DNA of 64,000 bases from assembly GCF_009914755.1 (NCBI RefSeq), contig NC_060937.1, one strand, 5' to 3'. Shown piece after piece: positions 1-12,688 of this stretch. Position 1 is the first letter of the stretch. Each line of letters opens with the position of its first letter. A program made the position numbers and the translations under genes. The notes beneath the pieces are model-generated. The model saw only the letters and a program-made list of their open reading frames with translations, did not search any database and was not told the origin of the DNA. The stretch is from the human T2T-CHM13v2.0 reference genome, Homo sapiens.

Positions 1-419
1 ACAACTAAGAGCAGTATTGAAAAATCAAAACTGAATGCATGGCAAACATTTGAAAACACGTAGGAACGATTTATTATTCATATTGAATACAATTATTTCA
101 TATTATCAATGGAAAGAAAACACAAAAAAACATGACTCACTAAAGACTTCTATTGTTTTAACCTCAATTTACTGGGAATCCTCTTAGCTTAAAGAAGCAG
201 ACAGGGGTGTGGGACTGCTGTATAAAGCTATCATGTTCCCTACAAATTTTATGGTTTAAAATGTATTGGATTTTCTTTCATGCAGAGGTTTTTCAAAGGC
301 AATAATTTTATTATACAAGTTATATTGAAGCCATACCTAAGCAAAGTTTGAAAACTTGAAATAATCTTAAAATGAATTGGCTTGCTATTAGGAATCTTTA
401 ATTACATGTCTTTTTAAAA

Positions 420-954
<535 letters not shown>

Positions 955-2876
955 AAAGTCAGTAGAGGCTGTTAATTTAATTGAGGAAGGTAGTCATATT
1001 ACAAACCGTGACTACCCAACAGTATAAAAATGTATGCTCCAACAGTATAAAAATGTATGAATAAACAATTAAAGGGAAAACAAGAATATCTTGAAAAAAA
1101 TCATGAAGTGATAAGTGTCGAATGAATGAATATAAGCTTTTGATTTCAAAACTAAGCTTATGGAATTTTCTAAAGCTTTAGAAATTTTCGTATAGGTTAT
1201 TGAGACTCTTTGATTCATTTTGTCGTCACATACTTATGAAGAAAAAATGTGCTTCATTAGCGCCCCTTATAGAGTATTTCTTATTGTTCTGCTAAAATAC
1301 CTATAAGAACAAAGAAAAAGATGTAACTAAAAGTAAGGGGTTTTCAAATAAATAAATAAATGACACCTAACATTTTAAAATATTGTGAAACTTCCACTGA
1401 CTAAATTAATGATTTAAGTATGAAGAGAAACATATAGACATGAACCAGAAATGCTTAGTCATGGGTGACATTAATGTTTAATCAATCTGTAATTCGTTCT
1501 TTTCATATATATCTATTTCAGAGGCTCCATAGGTTGGATCTGTTAAACAAGAAGCTAATTTATGATATCACAAATCCAATATTTAAATTACCATGTTGTC
1601 CATGGATTCTGAGTGTCAGAGAATAATTAGGGAAAGTATATCTTTAGCAAACATTATTGTTGATTTAATTCTTGCTATACAGTGTTAATTGGGCTGGGTG
1701 AAGGCAATTTGAACATTTCTCATTTAGGAGGTGAGAGTAACGGTATAATTTCAGAAATTCAGATTGTTTAGCAAAAGTCAACTGAATAGAGTTTTCGTTG
1801 TTTAAGAATGATTAAGGTTATCAAAAGATGTCATTAAAGAAGAAAAATGCTGTGGAAGAGAGAACAAAGTTTTCATCATGCTTAAGATGAAGGAGGCTTA
1901 TTTGTGAAACATAATATTTCTTTCACAAGTTTCAAAATAAAATTTCAGAAACGTGGCTAATATATTCAATAACATGCAAGAAGAGCATGGTGTTTGTATC
2001 AAAGATTTGCTATTAGGAGATAAGTGTTTATTGAGATAGAAAATAAATTAAAAAAACACAATACATTTCAAAGAGAAAAGTTTAGATTAAAAGTCAGGTG
2101 GTTGAACTAAATAAAGGACTGCAAGTTAATGGTAGAACTAACATCACATTGGGTAAAGTAGGAAGCAAAATTAAAAAAGAGGAAATTGAATGCTCATACA
2201 GGAAATAAATCAAGACAAACTGCTGTAATGCATAAACCCTGGAAAGACATGGTGAAAATAATTAGAATATATAAGGAAGAAACAGTAAATTCATATAAGA
2301 TTCATTTAAAGAAAAAACAAAATCAACAAGAGAAATGTCAAAGGCATGATTTTAAAAATATATATTGGGTTGAAAAATAGGCTTTAACAATACAGATTCA
2401 AATTATTTACTATAGTAAAGTAAAATAAATAAAAAAGACTCACCTGTACATGAAATTAGTCACATTTTTCATTTGAGGAAAGAAAATACAAGCATTTAGG
2501 TAAAATATATTGCAAATAATAACAAATCAAGCAGTGTTCAGTGATCTCCACTATAATGATAAATAATAGATAATAATGGGGTTTGGTAACTAGAGAAATA
2601 ACTGAAGAAAACTGCAGTTGTAAACAAGGATTCCCTACATATTAGTTACTTGTTCATATGTGAAAGCCGCTTCCAAATTTGCAAGATAATAACAAAGAGG
2701 AAGACGAAAATTAAAAAAAAAAAAAAGGTGTATTTCTCTTTTGACATAGAACAAAGTCAGATAATATTGTTCAGGGTTTTTACAGGGAAAAATAGATTAA
2801 AATAGGTTTGTAAACCCTACCAAAAACTTTAAGTTCAGAATATAGAGCTATAGATAGAGATATGGATATAAGTATC

Positions 2877-3440
2877 CGTGATGGTTAATACTGAGTGATA
2901 ACTTGATTGGATTGAGGGATACACAGTATTAGCCTTGGGTGTGTCTGTGTGGGCATTGCCAGAAGAGATTAACATTTGAGTCAGTGGGCTGGGGAAGGCA
3001 GATCCACCCTTAATCTGGTGGGTACATTCTAATCAGCTTCCAGTGAATAAAAAGCAGACAGAAAAATGTGAATTGAGAGAGGGGTCTAGCCTCCCAGCCT
3101 ACATCTTTCTCCTGTGCTGGTTGCTTCCTGCCCTTGAACATCGGATTCCAGGCTCTTTAGCATTGGGACTTGAGCTGGCTCACGTTGCCCCTCAGCTTGC
3201 AGACAGCCTATTGTGAGACCTTGTGATCATGTTAGTTAATACTTAATAAACTCCTATATATATATAGGAGTTGAATGTGTGTGTATATATATGTGTGTGT
3301 TTATATATACACACATATATACACACATATATATACACACACACACATATATACACATATATATACACACATATATATACACATATATATACACATATAT
3401 ATATACATATATACACATATATATACACATATATACACAC

Positions 3441-3491
<51 letters not shown>

Positions 3492-3533
3492 TCTATCCTA
3501 TTCTGTCCCTCTAAGATAATCCTGACTAATACA
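2877..3533 (+). mobile_element. MLT2A (ERVL) solo LTR with an expanded internal microsatellite
   Basis: Starts (c)gtgatggttaatactgagtg..aacttgattggattga, ends cctgactaataca; 5-bp TSD GTATC at 2872-2876 and 3534-3538. Confidence 0.9.
3255..3490. repeat. Compound (TA)/(TG)/(CA) microsatellite inside MLT2A
   Basis: Directly visible dinucleotide runs; source of the six low-complexity ORFs at 3243-3568. Confidence 0.97.
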
Positions 3534-5799
3534 GTATCTATATCCAGGTCTTCATAAAGAGCCATCATGAATTTTAATTAGGCGTATGCCATGGCAATAT
3601 TTGCATTGAGGAATTTTATGGTGGCAGCAATGTAAAATACACTTGAAGGTAGCAATGTTAGTGAATATTAAAAACTAATAGTTCTAATATGACTTTTGGT
3701 ATAAAATTATGAGGCATGGGAAAGGAGGAAAACTGTTAGTGATTGTAAAGAGAAATAGCAACATACTGAAGAGATAAAATCAACTAGAATTTATGAAAAA
3801 ATTGAAAGTACAGATTTAGGAAGGAGAGAGAAGTAAAAATGACTTCCCCATTTCTTGCTTGACAGAATAAATAGATTATGGTATTTTCATTTGGGGGATG
3901 AAAATTACCAAGTTAAATAAAATTTTAGGAGTGAGGAAGTTGAGGAAAGATGGAATATTATGGCTTCATTTCATGTACTGGTTTTTCAGTGCTCATTGGA
4001 GTCTAAAGAGAGATATAGAGTAGGTAATTCAATATGTAAATATGGAGTCAGTAAGGGGAGAGTGATAATTTGAGTTGCAGCTAAAGTTGGTTTTTCAAAC
4101 AATAAGAATAGTTGGCATTCAGCTGGGAAGGTGTATAGATGCAGATTTGTGATTAGTGGGTCGTGGCATATTGGTATGCTGCAAAAGGCTTCAAAGTGGC
4201 CTTGAATATATTTCCCATTATTTTTCATGAAGGCCTGGAAGAGCTTATTGTTTCAGGGGTTAGGACACTGTGTACCTCAACGCTTTCACACCAGTCCCCT
4301 ACAATACAACACTAATATATAGACTTCAGGCACTTTATCAGACAGAAGCAATTGTAATGAAACAATTAAAGAAATGATGTCCTAGAAGCCAAGAAAAAAG
4401 ATTTATCAGTTGAATGAGCTAAAATATCTAATTTCCAGCAATGCCAAGTGATTGCTTGGCATGGTAGAAGCTATCTCAATTATAAACCTAGAGATCAGAT
4501 GTAAATACATTGAGGAGGTAGTGACATATGGTCATTACACATTAGCTATTCTTTTGAGCAGCTTGGCTGTAAATGAAAGAAGCAAGACACCTTAATAGTG
4601 GGAGATTTAGCATAAAGAGAAAGGGAAACTATGTAGCATACTTGTTGGTGGAGGGAAGAGAGGTAAAGAGTGACTGATTTACAATATAAAAAAGAGATTT
4701 ACAATATAAACAAGATTCCGGAAGAGAAAACAGATGTGAAATTATTCACTGAAGAAAAAAATGGGATTATGGGATTACATTGAGGTGAAAACAAAACTAG
4801 AGGAAATTCCCACATCAAAGCTTCTATTTCTTTAGTAAGAAGGTAGACAGTGCCATTCACTTAGAGTGAGTGGGAAATCTTGAGTAGAAGGAGTCTCTGG
4901 AAGAATAAACTATTTTCTTGAAATAGTGGTTTCAAGAAAAAAAAGAAAAAGAAAGACATTACTTTGTCAAACAGCTAAATTTGAAACCACAAATTTGTAG
5001 TGTTGCAAAATATACTGTGTATACTAGCAATGCTACCAGCATTTATCTATTTCATATAAAATTATCTGGTACTGGAAAATCACGTTATATTGCACAAGTT
5101 TTTTTTTTAATCCCTGCCAACTTCAGAATGACTTTATTTTTTAATGTGGGAGTGAATGATGATTATTCCCTAATACATTTTAAATCTGCTGAAATAATCT
5201 TGATATTTTCATTTAACTTAGATTTGTTCATTTTATTCACATTTTTCCTAAATCTAAACCATCTATGCTTTCCATGAATAAGCTTCTCTCTAAAGTTAGA
5301 AAAAGCAGAAGGAGGAGCAGAGATTGAAAGAGAAACCTATGGTATTAAAGAAGGGCTTTTTCATGAGCTTGTTAAGCAAGGTGCTAAGTGTATGTGACCT
5401 TTCTCATTTAATCTTTATGTGATTTTTACTGTGATTTTCATATTTAAGTTAGGTCCCTGTTGCCTAATGGTAATAGAAATGAGAATCGTCTACACTAGTA
5501 TTTGAGTATGTGTGTTACATGATTTCTTTCTAATTCAAACTCTCTGGCTGTTCTGCTGAAGAGTGGCTAGTCCCAGTCAAGTTGTACCACTTACAGCTGT
5601 TCTTTAGACTAAAAGGAGAAGAGTGTAGTTATTTGGTTAGTCTAATTGATGTTAGCAGTCACTTGGATAATATAGACCAAAGATATAACTTTCTTCTCAT
5701 TAACATAGCCTCTGGGCCACATTTCTTCAAGTAAGTGACCCATTTTTTTCTTTTACTTTAATTTTCCAGGGTGGTGTATAAAGTGATGCGTTTCCTAAC

Positions 5800-6170
5800 T
5801 AATACAGCTTGCTTTGTGTCCCCACCCAAACCTCATCTTGAATTGAAATCCCTTAACTCCATAATCCTCATTTGTCATGGGAGGGACATGGTGGGAGGTA
5901 ATTGAATAATGGGGTGGTTTCCCCCATGCTGTTCTTGTGATAGTGAGTGAGTTCTCACAAGATCTAATGGTTTTATAAGCATCTGGCATTTCCTCTGCTG
6001 GTACTCATTCTGTCTCCTGCTGCCCTGTGAAGAGGTGCCTTCCACCATGATTGTAAGTTTCCTGAGGCCTCCCCAGCCATGTGGAACTGTGAGTCAATTA
6101 AACCTCTTTTCTTTATAAATTATCCAGTCTCAGGTATTTCTTCATAGCAGCATGAGAACAGACTAATACG
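5800..6170 (+). mobile_element. THE1 (C/D-like) MaLR solo LTR
   Basis: tgtgtccccacccaaacctcatcttgaattg ... ccatgattgtaagtttcctgaggcctccccagccatgtggaactgtgagtcaattaaacctc ... cagactaatac. Confidence 0.9.
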
Positions 6171-6395
6171 TGAACATACTCTGGTTTTGATCTCAGTGAC
6201 TGTGAAATATTTGGGAAATTATTTCAATCTTGAATATGCAACTGTGTTAAATCACATGCTCTAATATAACATTTTACCCCTCATTTGAATTATTTATGGA
6301 ATCTGTAATTCAAGCTACAATGCCAAAATATTGTTGTACAATGTTTCATATTTTTAATTCTTGACCTAGACTGTTTTCATAAAAATATACACTTG

Positions 6396-6490
6396 GCCCA
6401 GGAGTTCAAGGTTGCAGCGAGCTATGATTGTACCATGCACTCCAGCCTGCATTACACAGCACAGCCATGTCTCTAAATAAAATAAAAATG
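6396..6490 (+). mobile_element. Old Alu monomer 3' fragment (FRAM/AluJ-like)
   Basis: gcccaggagttcaaggttgcagcgagctatgattg...cactccagcctg plus A-rich tail. Confidence 0.75.
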
Positions 6491-7429
6491 TCCTGTTGTT
6501 AATCTTTTAGAGTTGAAAATGAGTAAAAATAATTAAAAGTTTTCTGAATTGGAGATTGATTAGGAGGAATACTACAAACAAATACTATTATTTTTGTCAA
6601 ATCCCATGTTTTATCTGAAATAGTAGTGTTCGAGCATTAGATTAGTCAGGAAACATGATGTTTCTTTCTAAATTTGAATTTTATTTTGTTTCCTCTTACT
6701 ATCACAATACTTTTCAGCATAGCATTTGTTTTGAGATCTTAAAAAACTCTCCTGTTTGAAAAATTATTATAGGAAGGAAGAGGACACCAAAGACAAACAG
6801 TAATTGCTATAGTTACTCTTACAGAAAGCCTGGATTTGCAAGACATTTTTTAAAAAATCAATTTGATATGTATTTTCTCTTCTCAAAATAATTGACTATA
6901 GCTATTCATGCTAAATATACCCCAGAGTTGTATATATCTTGAAGTCTATGCTTACCCTTTTTAAAATAAATTTTCTAAAATTAGCACCTTTAAAATGGAT
7001 CTGCGGCAAATACTCCCTTCTTGTTCCAATATTGTATTTTCTTTTAATTTATAGCTTCGCTTGTGCAATTCTGTTGGAGGACAATGTCTAAATGAACTGA
7101 TTTATTCCTACTTGAAATGGAGTATATTTTTAATAAACACAGACTATATCAAAATCAACCACACACAGTGAATCTCTCTGGCTGTAGCTCATAGCAACAG
7201 AAGCCACAAACTGCTGCACATATATTTGCAACACAAAACACAAAAGTTTTTTTTTTTTTTTGGTAACCTTTTTGAACACTTCTCACTGTTGGCCTTTATA
7301 AATGTTAGAAAATGACAACAAAATCAACTATTTTGCTTTATATATTTCAAAGAGTATAATTGATAATAATAATATCCAAACAAATGTGATTAAAATGCCA
7401 GTGTTGGCATTTTGTGCTCTTTTTATTTT

Positions 7430-9310
7430 TTGGGCACATTGTATCTTGAACAAGTAATTACATGTTTAGGTTTGTTATCTCTTCCTGGTAAATCAACCCA
7501 TTGATCATTATAATTTCTTTTTTTGTTTCCCATATTTCTTGTCACCAGTCCACATAGTCTGATACTACCACAACCAGTTTAGTCTTTACACTTCCCTGGT
7601 ATACTTTTACCACCCTTTTGCATTCAGCTTATCTCTTTTTATTAAAAATGCTTCAATAGTAACTGCATATAAATGCATTGTTTTTTTAAAAAAAAAAACA
7701 CTTCTGAAATCTACTTTTATTTGGAGTGTTTATTTCATTTGTAGTTAACATAGGTAAGGATAATGTTGGGTTTAAGTATACAATTTTATACTTTTTTCTG
7801 TTATTTTTACTTATATTTGTATCTCCTGCTTCTCCTTTCTTTTCCTTTTGAGTTGATACTTTTAATATTGCATTTTAATTCCACTAATTCTTTTTAGTTC
7901 TAGATTTGTATCTTTTTAGAAGATGCTCTTAATATTATAATAGGTAACCTTAATCACCCCTTAGAATTAATATTGTTTTATTTCACATAAAATGTAAGAA
8001 AATTGCAACACTATAACCGTCTACTTTACTTAAATCTTTTGGGTTACTATTGTCATATAATGATACCTGCATACAATCTAAGTCCCACAATACAATGTTA
8101 TAAGTTTTAGGTTAAAGTCAGCTGCTTTCAATTAATTTAAATAATAATAAAAAATTCATTTTATATTTAGCTATGTATTTTCCATTTCCATTACCACTCA
8201 TCCAATCTTATAAATCACAATTTCCTTCTGTTATGATTTTCTTTTGGCCTGAAGAACATTCTTACACATTTTTTTTTTTGTAATGTAGTTCTGCTGTCTT
8301 TATAGCCTCTCAGTTTTTTCTCCATTTATTGGCCACAGTTTTTATATATTCATTCATTGTGACTATATTTTTCTTTAAGTCATTAAGAATACTTATAATT
8401 CTGCTTAATGTCCTTACTAGCAAATTGCAACAATCGAACACTGTGAAATTTCTTTGGACTGCTTTTCTCTTGAAAATCAGTCACTTTTTCTAATTATTCA
8501 CATGTAAAATGCTCATTGTTGTTGTTTTAATATATTGGGCATTGCAGATAAAACACTGTAGAGACCTTCAATTTTTTTTTTACGGTTGATTTTTTCCCTA
8601 GAATGTATTTAATGCCTGATCACTTTCAAACTGTGGAGTTATTACTAAACACTTTCCTACAGCTGACCTGTTTTGGTTTTGGCTACAGTCACAGTAATTT
8701 CTCAATCCTCGAAAAATTATAATCACACTATATGGTCTTCTGAAAATTTTATGGAAATATGGAAATGTTCACAAAGTCCTCTGTCTTAAAGACCTACATA
8801 TTTCAACTCGCTCATCCAGAGCAGCAGCTGAAATCTATAATCAGCTTATTTAGTCTTCTATCCACTTCTTTCCTTTTTTGTGTGTGTGAGTTCCTTGGAG
8901 TTTCTCCTAAACATATCTAAATCAGAAGTCAGCCATGGATTTGAAGTGAGCTTATGTGAAGATTTAAGGCTTGCTCTCTGAGGCTTTCTCCCTTCTGGGA
9001 CTTACCCCTTTGGTTGCTAGCTGGAAGCCCTAAAATTCATCCTCTGATACCTCAAACCTGTATGACTGGATTTCCTTTTGAATTCTAAGCACCATGTTCT
9101 GCATAGACTAGTAACTGTTTTCATTGAGAATTTGATCTTACTTAACATGGGACCTATTTTATCGGTCAAATTTTCTACAATATCTATATGCATATTGTCA
9201 CTTTTCAGTGCTGTTGAGTAGTATTTTTATTATTTAAAAAAATTTATTTTTAGGATTTATAATTGTTAATGTAAGAGGGTTTGTTCATACAAGCTATTTC
9301 ACTATCAATG
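7430..9310 (-). mobile_element. Old degraded L1M fragment(s)
   Basis: T-rich antisense L1-like text (ttttatttggagtgtttatttcatttgta, gcctgaagaacattc); boundaries approximate. Confidence 0.5.
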
Positions 9311-9889
9311 GAACTAGATTTATATATTCACATTTAAGATAACATTTTTATAATGAAAATTATACTGGCTTACTATTTATGACAGTGATATAGGCCTTCA
9401 TTAAAAGAAATTTATCTAACCAAAAAATGTGTTGATTCAAAGAAAGCATTAAGTATATAAATCCATACAGATAAAGATATGCCAAAATCATAAATTTAAA
9501 TATGAAAGACCCAAATGCTTGAAACATTTTACTGGGTTCTTAGCTGCCTATATGACTGAAATAAACTAGTAAAGTAATTGATAAACACAATATTTTTTAA
9601 AACCTCTGATGCTTACATAATTTATAACTCAGTCATCTTACAAAAATTGAGCTTATTGCAATAAAATTTAATAGTTTTATTAGGCTTCTTTTAAATCTAT
9701 GGCAATCCCTTAATAGAGCAAGAGTTATAAAACTCTGCAGATAAAAACAAATATTCAAAATGTCATGAAACAAAATTATATCACAGACCCCTGGGATGTC
9801 ATCAGCATATACCTAAAATAATCATTATCAGAACTTGAGTTTATTAAGTACTTGCTATATGGTAAGTTGAGCATTTAAAAGTAATTGGA

Positions 9890-10050
9890 AATCTTTCTTA
9901 ACCTAACTTGAAAGGCTTTTTATGTGAGACAATTTGTCAAGTAAAATAATAATAGCTGCACCTACCTCACAAGACTGTTGTGAATATTTAATTACATAAA
10001 ATACATGCAGAAAACTTAGAATAGCCTGCCAACTATTGAAGACAAAAGAC
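9890..10050 (+). mobile_element. MIR fragment
   Basis: gtaaaataataatagctgcacctacctcacaagactgttgtgaatatttaa...aaaacttagaatagcctgcc resembles the MIR core. Confidence 0.6.
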
Positions 10051-10377
10051 TATCTAATGTTAACATTACTGGAGGGGTTGTGGCACATGATAAGAACCAT
10101 ACTTTAGAATGATAAAGGTGGCATAATGACTACATGTGAAAAGGATAGATATTGGAGGTGATTAATAAGATTAATAATTAAAAGGTAATTTTGATAATGT
10201 ATCCAAGTTATGATGAAGACATGGCCAGGGCAGTGCCATTGAGAATGGATAACAAGAGTGCCTATTAAAGTCTTGGTGACTATTAAGTATGGTATGCTAG
10301 GAAAATAGTCAAAGATATCCCAAGTTCCCTAAGTTTTATACCTCAACATAGAATTATATTGACAAAATAGATAAGTG

Positions 10378-10677
10378 GGCCTGGCGCTTTGGCTCATGCC
10401 TGTAATCCCAGCACTTTGGGGGGCCAAGGCAGGCAGATCACAAGGTCAGGAGTTCAAGACCAGCCTGGCCAACATGGTGAAACTCCTTCTCTACTAAAAA
10501 TAGAAAAAAATTAGCTGGGCATGGTGGTGTGCCCCTGTAATCCCAGCTACTCGGGAGGCTGAGGCAGGAGAATTACTTGAACCAGAACCCAGGAGGCTGA
10601 GGTTGCAGTGAGCTGAGATCATGCCACTACATTCCAGCGTGAGCTACAGAATGAGACTCCATCTTAAAAAAAAAAAA
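10378..10677 (+). mobile_element. AluS (Sg-like), full length
   Basis: Dimeric Alu, poly(A); TSD agataagtg at 10369-10377 and 10678-10686. Confidence 0.95.
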
Positions 10678-12612
10678 AGATAAGTGATGAAATACAGCTT
10701 GTAACCAGGCAGAAACATTATTTGTAAGTTACAAAAATGAAATGGAGAGGTAAGGTGCTCCAATTTTGATATGTTGAGTTTGAGTAGCTTTGGAATAACC
10801 AGCTGTTAGTATCTAGCAGTAACTGGTAAAAAATGATATCATGAGAAATGACAGAGTTATCTACTCATTCCGAGTAATTCACCATTGTGCTAGATTAGTC
10901 TCCTTTTTATCAAAATTCATGGGACTCATTATCGTCAGTATATCCACAGACTGGTATCCATGAAAAATGCGTGGCTGTTTGCATAAAATTTGCTAAGCAT
11001 TAGTGTAGGGAGAGGATGAGTAAAAGAAGTGTGTAGATAAATTGTGGGAATGATCAAAGTACAACAATAGGAGGAGATGTAGAGAAAGGAAAAGATATAC
11101 CCAGAGTCAAGGGAGAGAAGCGGTTGGGGAAGAGTCTTATGTGAGACTTCAAAACCAAAGTAAAATAGTAAAGATAAAAGGAAACCAAAGAAAGCAAGAT
11201 ACATAATGGAGTCTTAGTGAACATTAGTTATAAATATTGCATTTTAGTATATGATATTATAAATATAAATACCTTTTGCAATAATGATTTGCCGTATAAA
11301 TATTTTTATAGCTCAACTATAACATACAGCTATAAGATTAGAAATATGCTAAATAACATAATAAAAGGGATCATATAAAGCCTAATTATTAATACTTAGG
11401 GGGTTGTAGTATTAGCGATAAAAGCACTGTCACTATAATGGTTAAATTAAATCAAGCAGAGAGCTGAATTTGGCCCTTGTCCATAACTTCTTAACTCCAT
11501 TGTAGAAGGTTATGTGATTAGGACTGTGTTTATAAAAACAAAATGATTTTATTTTGTTTTTATATATTCAAATAATAAATCCAGAATTGAAACCTGGCTA
11601 TATGGAGAAAAAACTGGGGTAACAAATAATTCTAGTTTATAGGTCACACCATCTTATAAACAAACTATATACTATAGGATTAGTTGAAACCACACACACA
11701 CACATTCAGTCACTATGATTGAAAACACAGGCTAAATATTTGACTGAATGAATTGGGCAACTTTACTATTTCAATTACAATTTTGTCAATGGAAGGGCAT
11801 AGTTTATGTTATCTATTTGAACTAACTATATAATTTTCTAAATAACTAATTAATAAAAATGAATTTATTATAAATTCTAAAGAAATAAAACAGATAAACA
11901 TTTTTTGTAATAATAGAGTACTGCTCTGATGTAATTAAGATTATTGGTGACTGATAGAATTCAGACAATCCCTTGCCATTATTAACATTAAAATTTTTTT
12001 TTTCTAATGCCCACTATGCATTATTCAAACGGGAAATTAGAGTGAATAGCACAAATAGACATTTTAACAGCAGCCAAAAATCAGGATTCGTAACTTGCAA
12101 TGTGATAGCTGTTCTAAGTCTACAATCCATTTACCTTAAGGAGCCAAATAATAGCCTTAATACTCTGTATTTTAGCTACTTTGTTTATAGTTTTACAAAT
12201 ATTTAAGAAGTTAACCATTTTTTCATTTAAAACTACAAAAAGAACATCAATAATTAATGATTCTAGTTCAACATGAGCAGGTTGATAAGTCATATTATTA
12301 GGATGGAATGGATTAAAGGACTTAAGCAGGACATTTTTATGCTCACATGAAAGATGTTTTGTGCTTTCTCCAGGCCCTATGTTGGTTTACAATGGAGTAC
12401 CTTTAATAACCTGAAGTCTTTTATGAAATAAGGTGAGGTATAAATACATAAGAATAAAAAAACTGTTCACTATTGTAGAATTACATTTTGTTGTTTTTCT
12501 AGTAGGAAGATTAAGATGATGGAGAATGAAATGTAAATCAATTAGCAGAGTCTTCAGATGATTAAACCCCTCCTGATTTGCCAGCACGCTCTCAATAAAC
12601 AACAACTACTTT

Positions 12613-12655
12613 TTCTTCTTCTTCTTCTTCTTCCTCTTCCTCTTCCTCTTCCTCT

Positions 12656-12687
<32 letters not shown>

Positions 12688-12688
12688 C
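12613..12688. repeat. (CTT)n/(CTTCCT)n polypyrimidine microsatellite
   Basis: Directly visible; explains the Arg/Gly-rich ORF 12554-12781 (-). Confidence 0.95.

Noticed and set aside
3243-3568. Cys/Val/Tyr/His-rich ORFs on both strands
   Set aside because: Translations of a dinucleotide microsatellite; the same applies to 17130-17464
5731-5769. GTAAGT...CAG mini-intron
   Set aside because: 39 nt is below the practical minimum for human spliceosomal introns
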